Of a stretch of DNA of 32,000 nucleotides, positions 20,463 to 28,395 are shown one piece after another. Position numbers and translations under genes: made by a program. The stretch spans positions 210,001 through 242,000 of the forward strand of contig NC_000962.3 of assembly GCF_000195955.2 (NCBI RefSeq), written 5' to 3'. The notes under the pieces are model-generated. The model saw only the letters and a program-made list of their open reading frames with translations. It did not search any database and was not told the origin of the DNA. The stretch is from Mycobacterium tuberculosis H37Rv. GTDB lineage: Bacteria; Actinomycetota; Actinomycetes; Mycobacteriales; Mycobacteriaceae. Within the stretch, counting starts at the first letter, position 1. Each line of letters starts with the position of its first letter.

Positions 20463-20898
20463 ACGTCACCAAGCCACCGAATGGGTGGCGAGTTGACCGG
20501 GCGCCGGATCCCGACGGTTGTGGTTGATCTGCCGAATCAACGGCTTCTGGCCACGAACATGTGTCCGCGACTGGCGTCTGCGATACCAACCCAATCGGTT
20601 ACTATAGAAACTGTTCCCGCCGACAACTAACTCCCTTGTTCGCGTGGAGGGGTTCTCGGGTCCGGTCAGCGAGGTCCGGAGCGGGGCGGAAATTTCATTG
20701 AACAGCCGTAGAAGTTCAGCCAGGACCGGAACGGATCCAGCGGCAAGCATGCCTTCAGGAGCCATGTTGTCGAATCAGTGCCTAGGGCTGGGGGCGCCCG
20801 GAAGGAACACCACAGGGGGGACCGACATTCCGCATGTGGTCAAGCGCAGCGGAGCGAAATTCCGCGAGGAGTTCATCCTCCGTCCGGACCGGGTGCAA

Positions 20899-21534
20899 AT
20901 GGCACCGGTGAATGTCATTTCGGTCGCGGTGGTGGCGAGCGACCCGTTGACCCGCGATGGAGCTTTGGCCCGACTCTCGTCTCACCGGGAGCTCGACGTG
21001 CGCGCTTGGCAGGCTGGATGCGAAACCTCGGTCCTGCTCGTGCTGGCCACCACGATCACCGCGCCTCTTCTATGCCAGATCGAGGACGTGCAGAAGGATG
21101 GCCCCAGTCACGCCCCGAAACTGGTCGTCGTCGCCGACGAATTCTCCGCTGAACAAGTTTTCCGGATGATCAAGCTGGGGTTGACCGGGTTGTTGTATCG
21201 CAGCCAGAGCACGTTCGACTGCATCGTCGAGACAATCCGGTTGTCCGCCGAAGGCCGCCTGCGACTCCCCGAACGTGTCCAGCGTTACCTGGTCGGCCGC
21301 ATCAAGTCCACCCCGACCGCCGAACCTGACACACCGTGCGCCGCCGCTCTTGCCGAGCGTGAGGTGGCGGTGCTGCGTCTGCTAGCGGACGGCTTGAGCA
21401 CGCACCAAGTGGCGGTGCAGCTCAACTATTGCGAGCGCACGATCAAGAACATCGTTCATGACATAGTGACGCGGCTGAAGCTCCGCAACCGCACGCATGC
21501 CGTCGCACATGCGCTGCGCGCGGGCCTCATTTGA
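20899..21534 (+). CDS. LuxR/NarL-type response regulator-like protein (Rv0195 ortholog), 211 aa (longer starts possible)
   Basis: C-terminal LuxR HTH: LAEREVAVLRLLADGLSTHQVAVQLNYCERTIKNIVHDIVTRLKLRNRTHAVAHALRAGLI; receiver-like N-terminus. Confidence 0.88.
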   Translation: MAPVNVISVAVVASDPLTRDGALARLSSHRELDVRAWQAGCETSVLLVLATTITAPLLCQIEDVQKDGPSHAPKLVVVADEFSAEQVFRMIKLGLTGLLYRSQSTFDCIVETIRLSAEGRLRLPERVQRYLVGRIKSTPTAEPDTPCAAALAEREVAVLRLLADGLSTHQVAVQLNYCERTIKNIVHDIVTRLKLRNRTHAVAHALRAGLI

Positions 21535-21607
21535 TTGATGGCCGGCGTCCGACGTACGTGCGGCCGGGCCGATCCCAAGCGAGTGGTGTAACGTGCACGG
21601 TAGCCAT

Positions 21608-21627
21608 TATGTATAGCAACATACATA
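21608..21627. promoter_or_regulatory. Perfect inverted repeat, candidate TetR-family operator upstream of Rv0196
   Basis: TATGTAT-AGCAAC-ATACATA, 7-bp arms and 6-bp spacer, centred about 30 bp upstream of the TetR gene start. Confidence 0.65.
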
Positions 21628-21646
21628 TGCCTCGGATGGAGCGGCG

Positions 21647-22231
21647 ATGCAAGGTCCACGCGAACGGATGGTGGTCTCGGCCGCGCTGTTGATTCGGGAA
21701 CGGGGAGCCCACGCCACCGCCATCTCGGATGTGCTGCAGCACAGCGGCGCACCGCGGGGGTCGGCCTATCACTACTTCCCGGGCGGTCGTACCCAACTGC
21801 TATGCGAGGCCGTCGATTACGCCGGAGAGCATGTCGCCGCCATGATCAACGAGGCCGAGGGGGGCCTGGAGCTGCTGGACGCGCTGATTGACAAGTATCG
21901 CCAGCAGCTGCTCAGCACCGACTTTCGCGCCGGCTGCCCGATCGCCGCGGTCTCGGTGGAGGCGGGCGACGAACAAGATCGCGAGCGGATGGCCCCGGTG
22001 ATCGCGCGTGCAGCGGCGGTGTTTGACCGCTGGTCGGACTTGACTGCCCAGCGGTTCATTGCCGACGGCATACCGCCGGATCGGGCGCACGAGCTGGCGG
22101 TGTTGGCGACGTCGACGCTCGAGGGCGCAATCTTGCTGGCTCGGGTGCGGCGCGACCTGACGCCGCTGGATCTGGTTCACCGCCAGCTGCGCAACCTGCT
22201 GCTGGCCGAGCTGCCCGAAAGGAGCCGATGA
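21647..22231 (+). CDS. TetR-family transcriptional regulator (Rv0196 ortholog), 194 aa
   Basis: MQGPRERMVVSAALLIRERGAHATAISDVLQHSGAPRGSAYHYFPGGRTQLLCEAVDYAGEHV, the TetR N-terminal HTH. Confidence 0.92.
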   Translation: MQGPRERMVVSAALLIRERGAHATAISDVLQHSGAPRGSAYHYFPGGRTQLLCEAVDYAGEHVAAMINEAEGGLELLDALIDKYRQQLLSTDFRAGCPIAAVSVEAGDEQDRERMAPVIARAAAVFDRWSDLTAQRFIADGIPPDRAHELAVLATSTLEGAILLARVRRDLTPLDLVHRQLRNLLLAELPERSR

Positions 22232-24519
22232 TGACCAGCTCTGATTGGCTGCCCACCGCGTGCATCCTCTGCGAGTGCAACTGCGGCATCGTCGTGCAAG
22301 TCGACGATCGCCGACTGGCCCGCATCCGGGGCGACAAGGCGCATCCGGGGTCTGCGGGCTACACCTGCAACAAGGCGTTGCGGCTGGACCATTACCAGAA
22401 CAACCGGGCTCGCCTGAGCTCGCCGATGCGCCGCCGAGCCGATGGCACCTACGAGGAGATCGACTGGGACACGGCGATTGTCGAGATTGCCGAGGGATTC
22501 AAACAGATCCGTGATACCCACGGCGGGGACAAGATCTTCTACTACGGCGGCGGCGGACAGGGCAATCACCTCGGCGGCGCCTACAGCGGCGCCTTTCTGA
22601 AGGCACTGGGGTCGCGCTACCGGTCGAATGCGCTGGCGCAGGAGAAGACCGGCGAAGCCTGGGTCGACTTCCAGCTGTACGGCGGTCACACGCGCGGCGA
22701 GTTCGAGAACGCCGAGGTGTCGGTGTTCGTCGGGAAGAACCCATGGATGTCGCAGAGCTTCCCGCGGGCCCGGGTCGTGCTCAACGAGATCGCCAAGGAT
22801 CCCGGCCGGTCGATGATCGTGATCGATCCCGTCGTCACCGACACCGCGAAGATGGCCGACTTCCATCTACGGGTGCAACCGGGTTGCGACGCCTGGTGCT
22901 TGGCGGCTTTGGCCGCGGTCTTGGTCCAGGAAAACCTCTGTAACGAAGCCTTTCTTGCCGCGCACGTGCACGGAGTGGACACCGTGCGCGCCGCCCTGCA
23001 AGAGGTCCCGGTCGCCGACTACGCGCAGCGTTGCGGGGTGGACGAGGAGTTGTTGCGTGCCGCGGCCCGGCGCATCGGCACCGCCGCGAGCGTGTCGGTG
23101 TTCGAAGACCTGGGAATCCAGCAGGCGCCCAACAGCACCGTCTGCTCCTATCTGAACAAGCTGCTGTGGATCCTGACCGGCAACTTCGCGAAAAAGGGTG
23201 GCCAACACCTGCATTCGTCGTTCGCTCCGCTGTTCAGCCAGGTCTCCGGCCGCACACCGGTCACCGGTGCGCCTATTATCGCGGGCCTGATCCCGGGCAA
23301 CGTGGTGCCCGAGGAGATCCTGACCGAGCACCCGGATCGGTTTCGGGCGATGATCGTAGAGAGGGGCAATCCGGCTCACTCGCTGGCCGATTCAGCCGCC
23401 TGCCGGGCGGCATTCCAGGCGCTGGAACTGATGGTGGTCGTCGATGTCGCCATGACCGAGACGGCCAGGCTCGCCCACTACGTGCTGCCGGCGGCGTCGC
23501 AGTTCGAGAAGCCGGAAGCCACATTCTTCAATTTCGAGTTTCCACGCAACGGCTTTCAGTTGCGCCGGCCGTTGTTTCCGCCACTGCCCGGAACACTGCC
23601 CGAACCCGAGATTTGGGCGCGGCTGGTGCGGGCACTTGGCGTAGTCGACGAAGCGGACCTGCGGCCGCTGCGAGAGGCCGCTGCTCAGGGTCGCCAGGCG
23701 TATACCGAGGCGTTCCTCGCGGCGGCGGCGACCAATCCCACCGTGGCGAAACTGACCGCCTATGTGCTCTATGAAACGCTCGGGCCGACGCTGCCGGACG
23801 GTCTGGCCGGGGCGGCCGCGTTGTGGGGACTTGCCCAGAAGACGGCGATGGCCTACCCTGACGCCGTCCGCCGCGCCGGCCACGCCGACGGCAACGCGCT
23901 GTTCGACGCGATTCTCGAGCGCCCCTCCGGGGTCACGTTTACCGTGCACAACTACGAAGACGACTTCGCTTTGATTAGCCACCCCGATCACAAGATCGCC
24001 CTGGAGATTCCGGAAATGCTGGCAGAGATCCGGTCGCTGACCCAGACCCCGTCGCGGTTGACCACGCCTCAACTGCCGATCGTGCTGTCGGTGGGCGAGC
24101 GCCGCGCGTACACGGCCAACGACATCTTCCGTGACCCGTCCTGGCGCAAACGCGACGCCAACGGGGCGCTGCGGGTCAGCGTCGAAGACGCCCAGGCCCT
24201 GGGACTGGCCGATGGGTGCCTGGCTCGTATCACGACCGCGGCGGGCAGTGCGGAGGCGACGGTGGAGGTCACCGAGACGATGCTGGCCGGACACGCCGCG
24301 CTGCCCAACGGCTTTGGGCTGGACTACACCGGCGACGACGGGCGCACCGTCGTCGCCGGTGTCGCCCCGAACGCACTTACTTCGACGAGATGGCGCGACC
24401 CCTACGCCGGCACCCCCTGGCACAAGCACGTGCCCGCCGCCATCCGCCGAGCAGACGCAGAATCGCCCATTTGGTATCCCAAATGGGCGATTCTGCCTGC
24501 TCGCGGGGTCTTAGCCTAG
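22231..24519 (+). CDS. Molybdopterin oxidoreductase with N-terminal 4Fe-4S site (Rv0197 ortholog), 762 aa
   Basis: CILCECNCGIVV...GYTCNKALRL (CxxCxxxC...C), YYGGGGQGNHLGG, molydopterin dinucleotide-binding C-terminal domain; starts at ATGATG (22228 or 22231), overlapping the Rv0196 stop. Confidence 0.92.
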   Translation: MTSSDWLPTACILCECNCGIVVQVDDRRLARIRGDKAHPGSAGYTCNKALRLDHYQNNRARLSSPMRRRADGTYEEIDWDTAIVEIAEGFKQIRDTHGGDKIFYYGGGGQGNHLGGAYSGAFLKALGSRYRSNALAQEKTGEAWVDFQLYGGHTRGEFENAEVSVFVGKNPWMSQSFPRARVVLNEIAKDPGRSMIVIDPVVTDTAKMADFHLRVQPGCDAWCLAALAAVLVQENLCNEAFLAAHVHGVDTVRAALQEVPVADYAQRCGVDEELLRAAARRIGTAASVSVFEDLGIQQAPNSTVCSYLNKLLWILTGNFAKKGGQHLHSSFAPLFSQVSGRTPVTGAPIIAGLIPGNVVPEEILTEHPDRFRAMIVERGNPAHSLADSAACRAAFQALELMVVVDVAMTETARLAHYVLPAASQFEKPEATFFNFEFPRNGFQLRRPLFPPLPGTLPEPEIWARLVRALGVVDEADLRPLREAAAQGRQAYTEAFLAAAATNPTVAKLTAYVLYETLGPTLPDGLAGAAALWGLAQKTAMAYPDAVRRAGHADGNALFDAILERPSGVTFTVHNYEDDFALISHPDHKIALEIPEMLAEIRSLTQTPSRLTTPQLPIVLSVGERRAYTANDIFRDPSWRKRDANGALRVSVEDAQALGLADGCLARITTAAGSAEATVEVTETMLAGHAALPNGFGLDYTGDDGRTVVAGVAPNALTSTRWRDPYAGTPWHKHVPAAIRRADAESPIWYPKWAILPARGVLA
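24457..24496. terminator. 18-bp perfect inverted repeat with 4-nt loop at the convergent Rv0197/zmp1 junction
   Basis: GCAGAATCGCCCATTTGG-TATC-CCAAATGGGCGATTCTGC, entirely inside the last codons of Rv0197 and 20 bp beyond the zmp1 stop. Confidence 0.6.
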
Positions 24520-26507
24520 TTCCAGATCCGGACCCTGCGCTGCGGGTCCAGAAACAGCGCGTCATCCTCGGTGACGTCGAAGGCCTGATAAAAAGCGTCC
24601 ACGTTGCGAACCACACCGTTGCACCGGAACTCCGGCGGGGAGTGCGGATCGACCGCCAACCGGCGGATTGCTTCGGCTGCACGCGATTTGGTTCGCCATA
24701 TTTGTGCCCAGCCGAAGAACACCCGTTGCATGCCGGTCAGCCCGTCGATAACCGGAGCGGGGTTGCCGTTCAGCGAGAGCTGGTAAGCCAGCAGGGCGAT
24801 CGACAGCCCGCCCAGGTCGCCGATGTTCTCGCCTATGGTGAACGCGCCTTGCACATGAGGCGGGCCGGGGTGGTCGACGAGATCGCGCGGCGTGTAAGCG
24901 TGGTACTGCTCGATCAACGCTTTGGTGCGGGCGGCGAACTCGGTGCGATCGTCGTCGGTCCACCAATCGACCAGATTGCCGTCGCCGTCGTATTTGGCGC
25001 CCTGATCGTCGAAACCGTGCCCGATCTCGTGCCCGATCACCGCCCCGATCCCGCCGTAGTTGGCGGCCTCGTCGGCCTGCGGATCGAAAAATGGTGGCTG
25101 TAAAATCGCTGCGGGGAAGACGATTTCGTTCATCCCCGGGTTGTAGTAGGCGTTGACGGTTTGTGGTGTCATGAACCACTCGTCGCGGTCGACCGGGCCG
25201 AAAAGCTTGGCTAGCTCGCGGTCATGGTTGACGGCGTAGCCGCGCTGGACGTTACCGTAGAGGTCGTCGCGGTCGATCGCCAGCTTCGAGTAGTCGCGCC
25301 ACTTGATCGGATAGCCGACTTTGGCGGTGAACTTGTTCAGCTTCGCTAGCGCGCGTTGCCGGGTCTGCGGCGTCATCCAATCCAGCTCGCTGATGCTGAT
25401 CCGATACGCCTCCTGCAGGTTGTCCACCAGGGTGTCGATGCGGGACTTGGCATCCGGCGGGAAATGGCGTTGTACATAGAGCTTTCCGACGGCATCGCCC
25501 ATCAGGTTCTCCACCAGTGACACCCCACGCTTCCAACGGTCCCGAAGCTGCTGTGCGCCGGTAAGCGTGCGGCCGTAGAATTCGAAGTCCTCGGCGACCA
25601 GGGCGCGGGTCAGCCAGGGGGCCCGGGCGCGGATCAAACGCCAACGCGCCCAGCATTTCCAGTCTTCAACGTTAACGCTCGCCCACAGCGAGGCAAAGGT
25701 GACGAGGTAATCAGGTTGGCGCACAACCAGTTCCGTCATGGCGTCCGGAGCGCTCCCCAATGCGGTCACCCAGCTGACCCAGTCGAAACCCGCCCCTTCG
25801 GTCTGCAGCTGGGCAAACGTGCGCAGGTTGTAGCCAAGGTCGGCGTCGCGGCGCTTCACCACATCCCAATGCGCGTCGGCGAGTTTGGTCTCCAGCGCGA
25901 CGATGCGGTCCGCGGTTTTGGCATGGTCACGGCTCTCGCCCCCGTACACCAGGCCGAACATCCGGGCGATGTGCCCCGGGTAGGCCGCTAGCACGGCGGC
26001 GTGTTGCTCGTCACGGTAGTAGGACTCGTCGGGTAATCCGATGCCGGATTGGGTGAAATGCACCAAGTAACGGGTCGAGTCTTTGGAATCGGTATCGACA
26101 TAGACTCCGATGCCGCCGCCCACGCCGGCACGTTGCAGAGTGCCAAGGGCGGCGGCCAATTCGGTGGCGTCGGCCGCGCTGTCAATCGTGGCCAATTCGT
26201 CGTGCAGCGGTTGCACCCCTGCGCGCTCGACGGCTTCCTCGTCGAGGAAGCTGGCGTAGAGGTCGCCGATGCGCTGCGCATCGGTGCCTACCGCAGCACC
26301 TGCTTGGCTGGCCTGGATGATCAGGTCTCGCACTTGTGTCTCGGCGCGGTCGAACAGGCTACGGAAGGCGCCGTCGGTCGCTCGGTCCGCTGGTATCTCG
26401 TGTTCAGCCAGCCAGCGGCCGTTAACGTGGCCGAACAGGTCGTCTTGGGGTCGGGCATCAGCGTCGATGTGGCTCAGGTCGATACCCGAGGGGATGGCAA
26501 GTGTCAC
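24516..26507 (-). CDS. zmp1: Zinc metalloprotease Zmp1, M13/neprilysin family (Rv0198c ortholog), 663 aa
   Basis: VIGHEIGHGFDDQGAKYDGDGNLVDWWTDDDR (HExxH), NAYYNPGMNEIVFPAAIL, ENIGDLGG; GTG start at 26507. Confidence 0.95.
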   Translation of the reverse strand: MTLAIPSGIDLSHIDADARPQDDLFGHVNGRWLAEHEIPADRATDGAFRSLFDRAETQVRDLIIQASQAGAAVGTDAQRIGDLYASFLDEEAVERAGVQPLHDELATIDSAADATELAAALGTLQRAGVGGGIGVYVDTDSKDSTRYLVHFTQSGIGLPDESYYRDEQHAAVLAAYPGHIARMFGLVYGGESRDHAKTADRIVALETKLADAHWDVVKRRDADLGYNLRTFAQLQTEGAGFDWVSWVTALGSAPDAMTELVVRQPDYLVTFASLWASVNVEDWKCWARWRLIRARAPWLTRALVAEDFEFYGRTLTGAQQLRDRWKRGVSLVENLMGDAVGKLYVQRHFPPDAKSRIDTLVDNLQEAYRISISELDWMTPQTRQRALAKLNKFTAKVGYPIKWRDYSKLAIDRDDLYGNVQRGYAVNHDRELAKLFGPVDRDEWFMTPQTVNAYYNPGMNEIVFPAAILQPPFFDPQADEAANYGGIGAVIGHEIGHGFDDQGAKYDGDGNLVDWWTDDDRTEFAARTKALIEQYHAYTPRDLVDHPGPPHVQGAFTIGENIGDLGGLSIALLAYQLSLNGNPAPVIDGLTGMQRVFFGWAQIWRTKSRAAEAIRRLAVDPHSPPEFRCNGVVRNVDAFYQAFDVTEDDALFLDPQRRVRIWN

Positions 26508-26549
26508 CCCGCCATCCTTCCACCTCTTTTCGGGTGCAACGATCGGGCC

Positions 26550-27209
26550 ATGCCTGACGGGGAGCAGAGCCAGCCACCGGCCCAAGAAGATGCGGAAGAC
26601 GACTCGCGGCCCGACGCCGCGGAGGCCGCCGCGGCCGAACCCAAATCATCAGCCGGTCCGATGTTCTCGACCTACGGTATCGCCTCGACACTACTCGGCG
26701 TGCTATCGGTCGCCGCGGTCGTGCTGGGTGCGATGATCTGGTCCGCACACCGCGATGACTCCGGCGAGCGTACCTACCTGACCCGGGTCATGCTGACCGC
26801 CGCTGAATGGACGGCCGTGCTGATCAACATGAACGCCGACAACATCGATGCCAGCCTGCAGCGACTGCACGACGGAACGGTCGGTCAACTCAACACCGAC
26901 TTCGACGCTGTCGTGCAGCCCTACCGGCAGGTGGTGGAGAAGTTGCGGACGCACAGCAGCGGCAGGATCGAGGCGGTAGCGATCGATACGGTGCACCGCG
27001 AGCTGGATACCCAGTCCGGTGCCGCCCGACCGGTAGTAACCACGAAATTGCCACCGTTTGCCACTCGCACCGACTCGGTGCTGCTGGTCGCGACGTCGGT
27101 CAGTGAGAACGCCGGCGCCAAACCCCAGACCGTGCACTGGAACTTGCGGCTCGATGTCTCCGATGTGGACGGCAAGCTGATGATCTCCCGGTTGGAGTCG
27201 ATTCGATGA
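26550..27209 (+). CDS. omamA: Orphaned Mce-associated membrane protein OmamA (Rv0199 ortholog), 219 aa
   Basis: MPDGEQSQPPAQEDAEDDSRPDAAEAAAAEPKSSAGPMFSTYGIASTLLGVLSVAAVVLGAMIWSAH...; one TM and a Mce-associated C-terminal domain. Confidence 0.88.
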   Translation: MPDGEQSQPPAQEDAEDDSRPDAAEAAAAEPKSSAGPMFSTYGIASTLLGVLSVAAVVLGAMIWSAHRDDSGERTYLTRVMLTAAEWTAVLINMNADNIDASLQRLHDGTVGQLNTDFDAVVQPYRQVVEKLRTHSSGRIEAVAIDTVHRELDTQSGAARPVVTTKLPPFATRTDSVLLVATSVSENAGAKPQTVHWNLRLDVSDVDGKLMISRLESIR

Positions 27210-27895
27210 GAAATGCTTGGCGGCTGGTGGTGTTCGATGTCCTGGCACCACTGGCCACGATCGCCGCCCTGGCCGCGATCGGCGTCTTGCTCGGCTGGCC
27301 CCTGTGGTGGGTTTCGACGTGCTCGGTGTTGGTGCTGCTGGTGGTCGAAGGTGTGGCAATCAACTTCTGGCTGTTGCGTCGTGATTCGGTAACCGTCGGT
27401 ACCGACGACGATGCGCCCGGGCTGCGACTGGCCGTTGTCTTCCTGTGCGCCGCCGCGATCTCGGCGGCGGTGGTGACTGGGTACCTGCGCTGGACGACAC
27501 CGGACCGCGACTTCAATCGGGATTCCCGGGAAGTGGTGCATCTTGCCACGGGGATGGCCGAGACGGTCGCGTCATTCTCCCCGAGCGCACCGGCCGCCGC
27601 TGTTGACCGGGCCGCGGCGATGATGGTGCCCGAACATGCGGGCGGGTTCAAGGAGCAATACGCCAAGTCCAGCGCCGATCTCGCACGGCGCGGTGTTACG
27701 GCCCAGGCCGCTACGCTGGCGGCCGGCGTGGAGGCGATCGGGCCGTCGGCAGCCAGTGTTGCGGTGATTCTGCGGGTTAGCCAAAGCATTCCCGGCCAGC
27801 CGACCAGTCAAGCGGCGCGAGCGCTGCGGGTGACCTTGACCAAGCGGGGCAGCGGCTGGCTGGTGCTCGACGTGACGCCGATCAACGCTCGCTAA
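27206..27895 (+). CDS. omamB: Mce-associated membrane protein (Rv0200 / OmamB ortholog), 229 aa
   Basis: ATGA overlap with omamA; three TM segments followed by YLRWTTPDRDFNRDSREVVHLATGMAETVASFSPS...RVTLTKRGSGWLVLDVTPI. Confidence 0.85.
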   Translation: MRNAWRLVVFDVLAPLATIAALAAIGVLLGWPLWWVSTCSVLVLLVVEGVAINFWLLRRDSVTVGTDDDAPGLRLAVVFLCAAAISAAVVTGYLRWTTPDRDFNRDSREVVHLATGMAETVASFSPSAPAAAVDRAAAMMVPEHAGGFKEQYAKSSADLARRGVTAQAATLAAGVEAIGPSAASVAVILRVSQSIPGQPTSQAARALRVTLTKRGSGWLVLDVTPINAR

Positions 27896-28395
27896 GAGTC
27901 GGCGGCACGTACGGATTTGGCTCTGACGAACCGGTCCGACAGCCGCCGCATCCGGATCATCAGCGAGGCCGACGGGCTCACGATGCCGTCGAGGTAGGCG
28001 GTCAGGTCCTGCGCTGTGACGCCAATGCGCGACGCGAATTCCTGTCGTTGCAGGCCAGAGCGGTCCAACAGGAGCCCAACCTGACGGGCCACCTCGGCGC
28101 GCTCATTGGCGTCTAGGTGAGTACGGGCCCGGTCCAGCACCTCCCAAAAGGCGTTGGCGATGCCGGTCGCCGGTATGCCCTCGAGGACTTCTTCGACTTG
28201 GCGTGCTGTCCGCCCGTAGGGGTCGCGCTTGAGCGCGGCCGCTATGCGTTGCCAGGTGGCGATGTCGCCACTTTCCAGCGCCGAACGAATGGCGACGGTA
28301 GGCCAGAACTCGACCCGCCGGTCGACGTCCGGCTCGCTCCACGCGACGGTGGGTTGTTGCGGCGGTGCGGGGTGTGGCTCGGCTGCCAACGTCAC
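27892..28395 (-). CDS. Conserved hypothetical with C-terminal HTH-like region (Rv0201c ortholog), 167 aa
   Basis: GTG start at 28395 overlapping the mmpL11 stop (GTGA); MTLAAEPHPAPPQQPTVAWSEPDVDRRVEF...LLLDRSGLQRQEFASRIGVTAQDLTAYLDGIVSPSASLMIRM. Confidence 0.8.
   Translation of the reverse strand: MTLAAEPHPAPPQQPTVAWSEPDVDRRVEFWPTVAIRSALESGDIATWQRIAAALKRDPYGRTARQVEEVLEGIPATGIANAFWEVLDRARTHLDANERAEVARQVGLLLDRSGLQRQEFASRIGVTAQDLTAYLDGIVSPSASLMIRMRRLSDRFVRAKSVRAADS

Noticed and set aside
20473-20489. Small hairpin GCCACC-GAATG-GGTGGC just after the Rv0194 stop
   Set aside because: Only a 6-bp stem, no U-tract; too weak to call a terminator on its own.
23392-24429. 345-aa minus-strand ORF antisense to Rv0197 (and similar 22867..23379, 22177..22866)
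   Set aside because: High-GC shadow ORFs opposite a well-supported molybdopterin oxidoreductase; low-complexity R/G/A/P composition and no recognisable domain.
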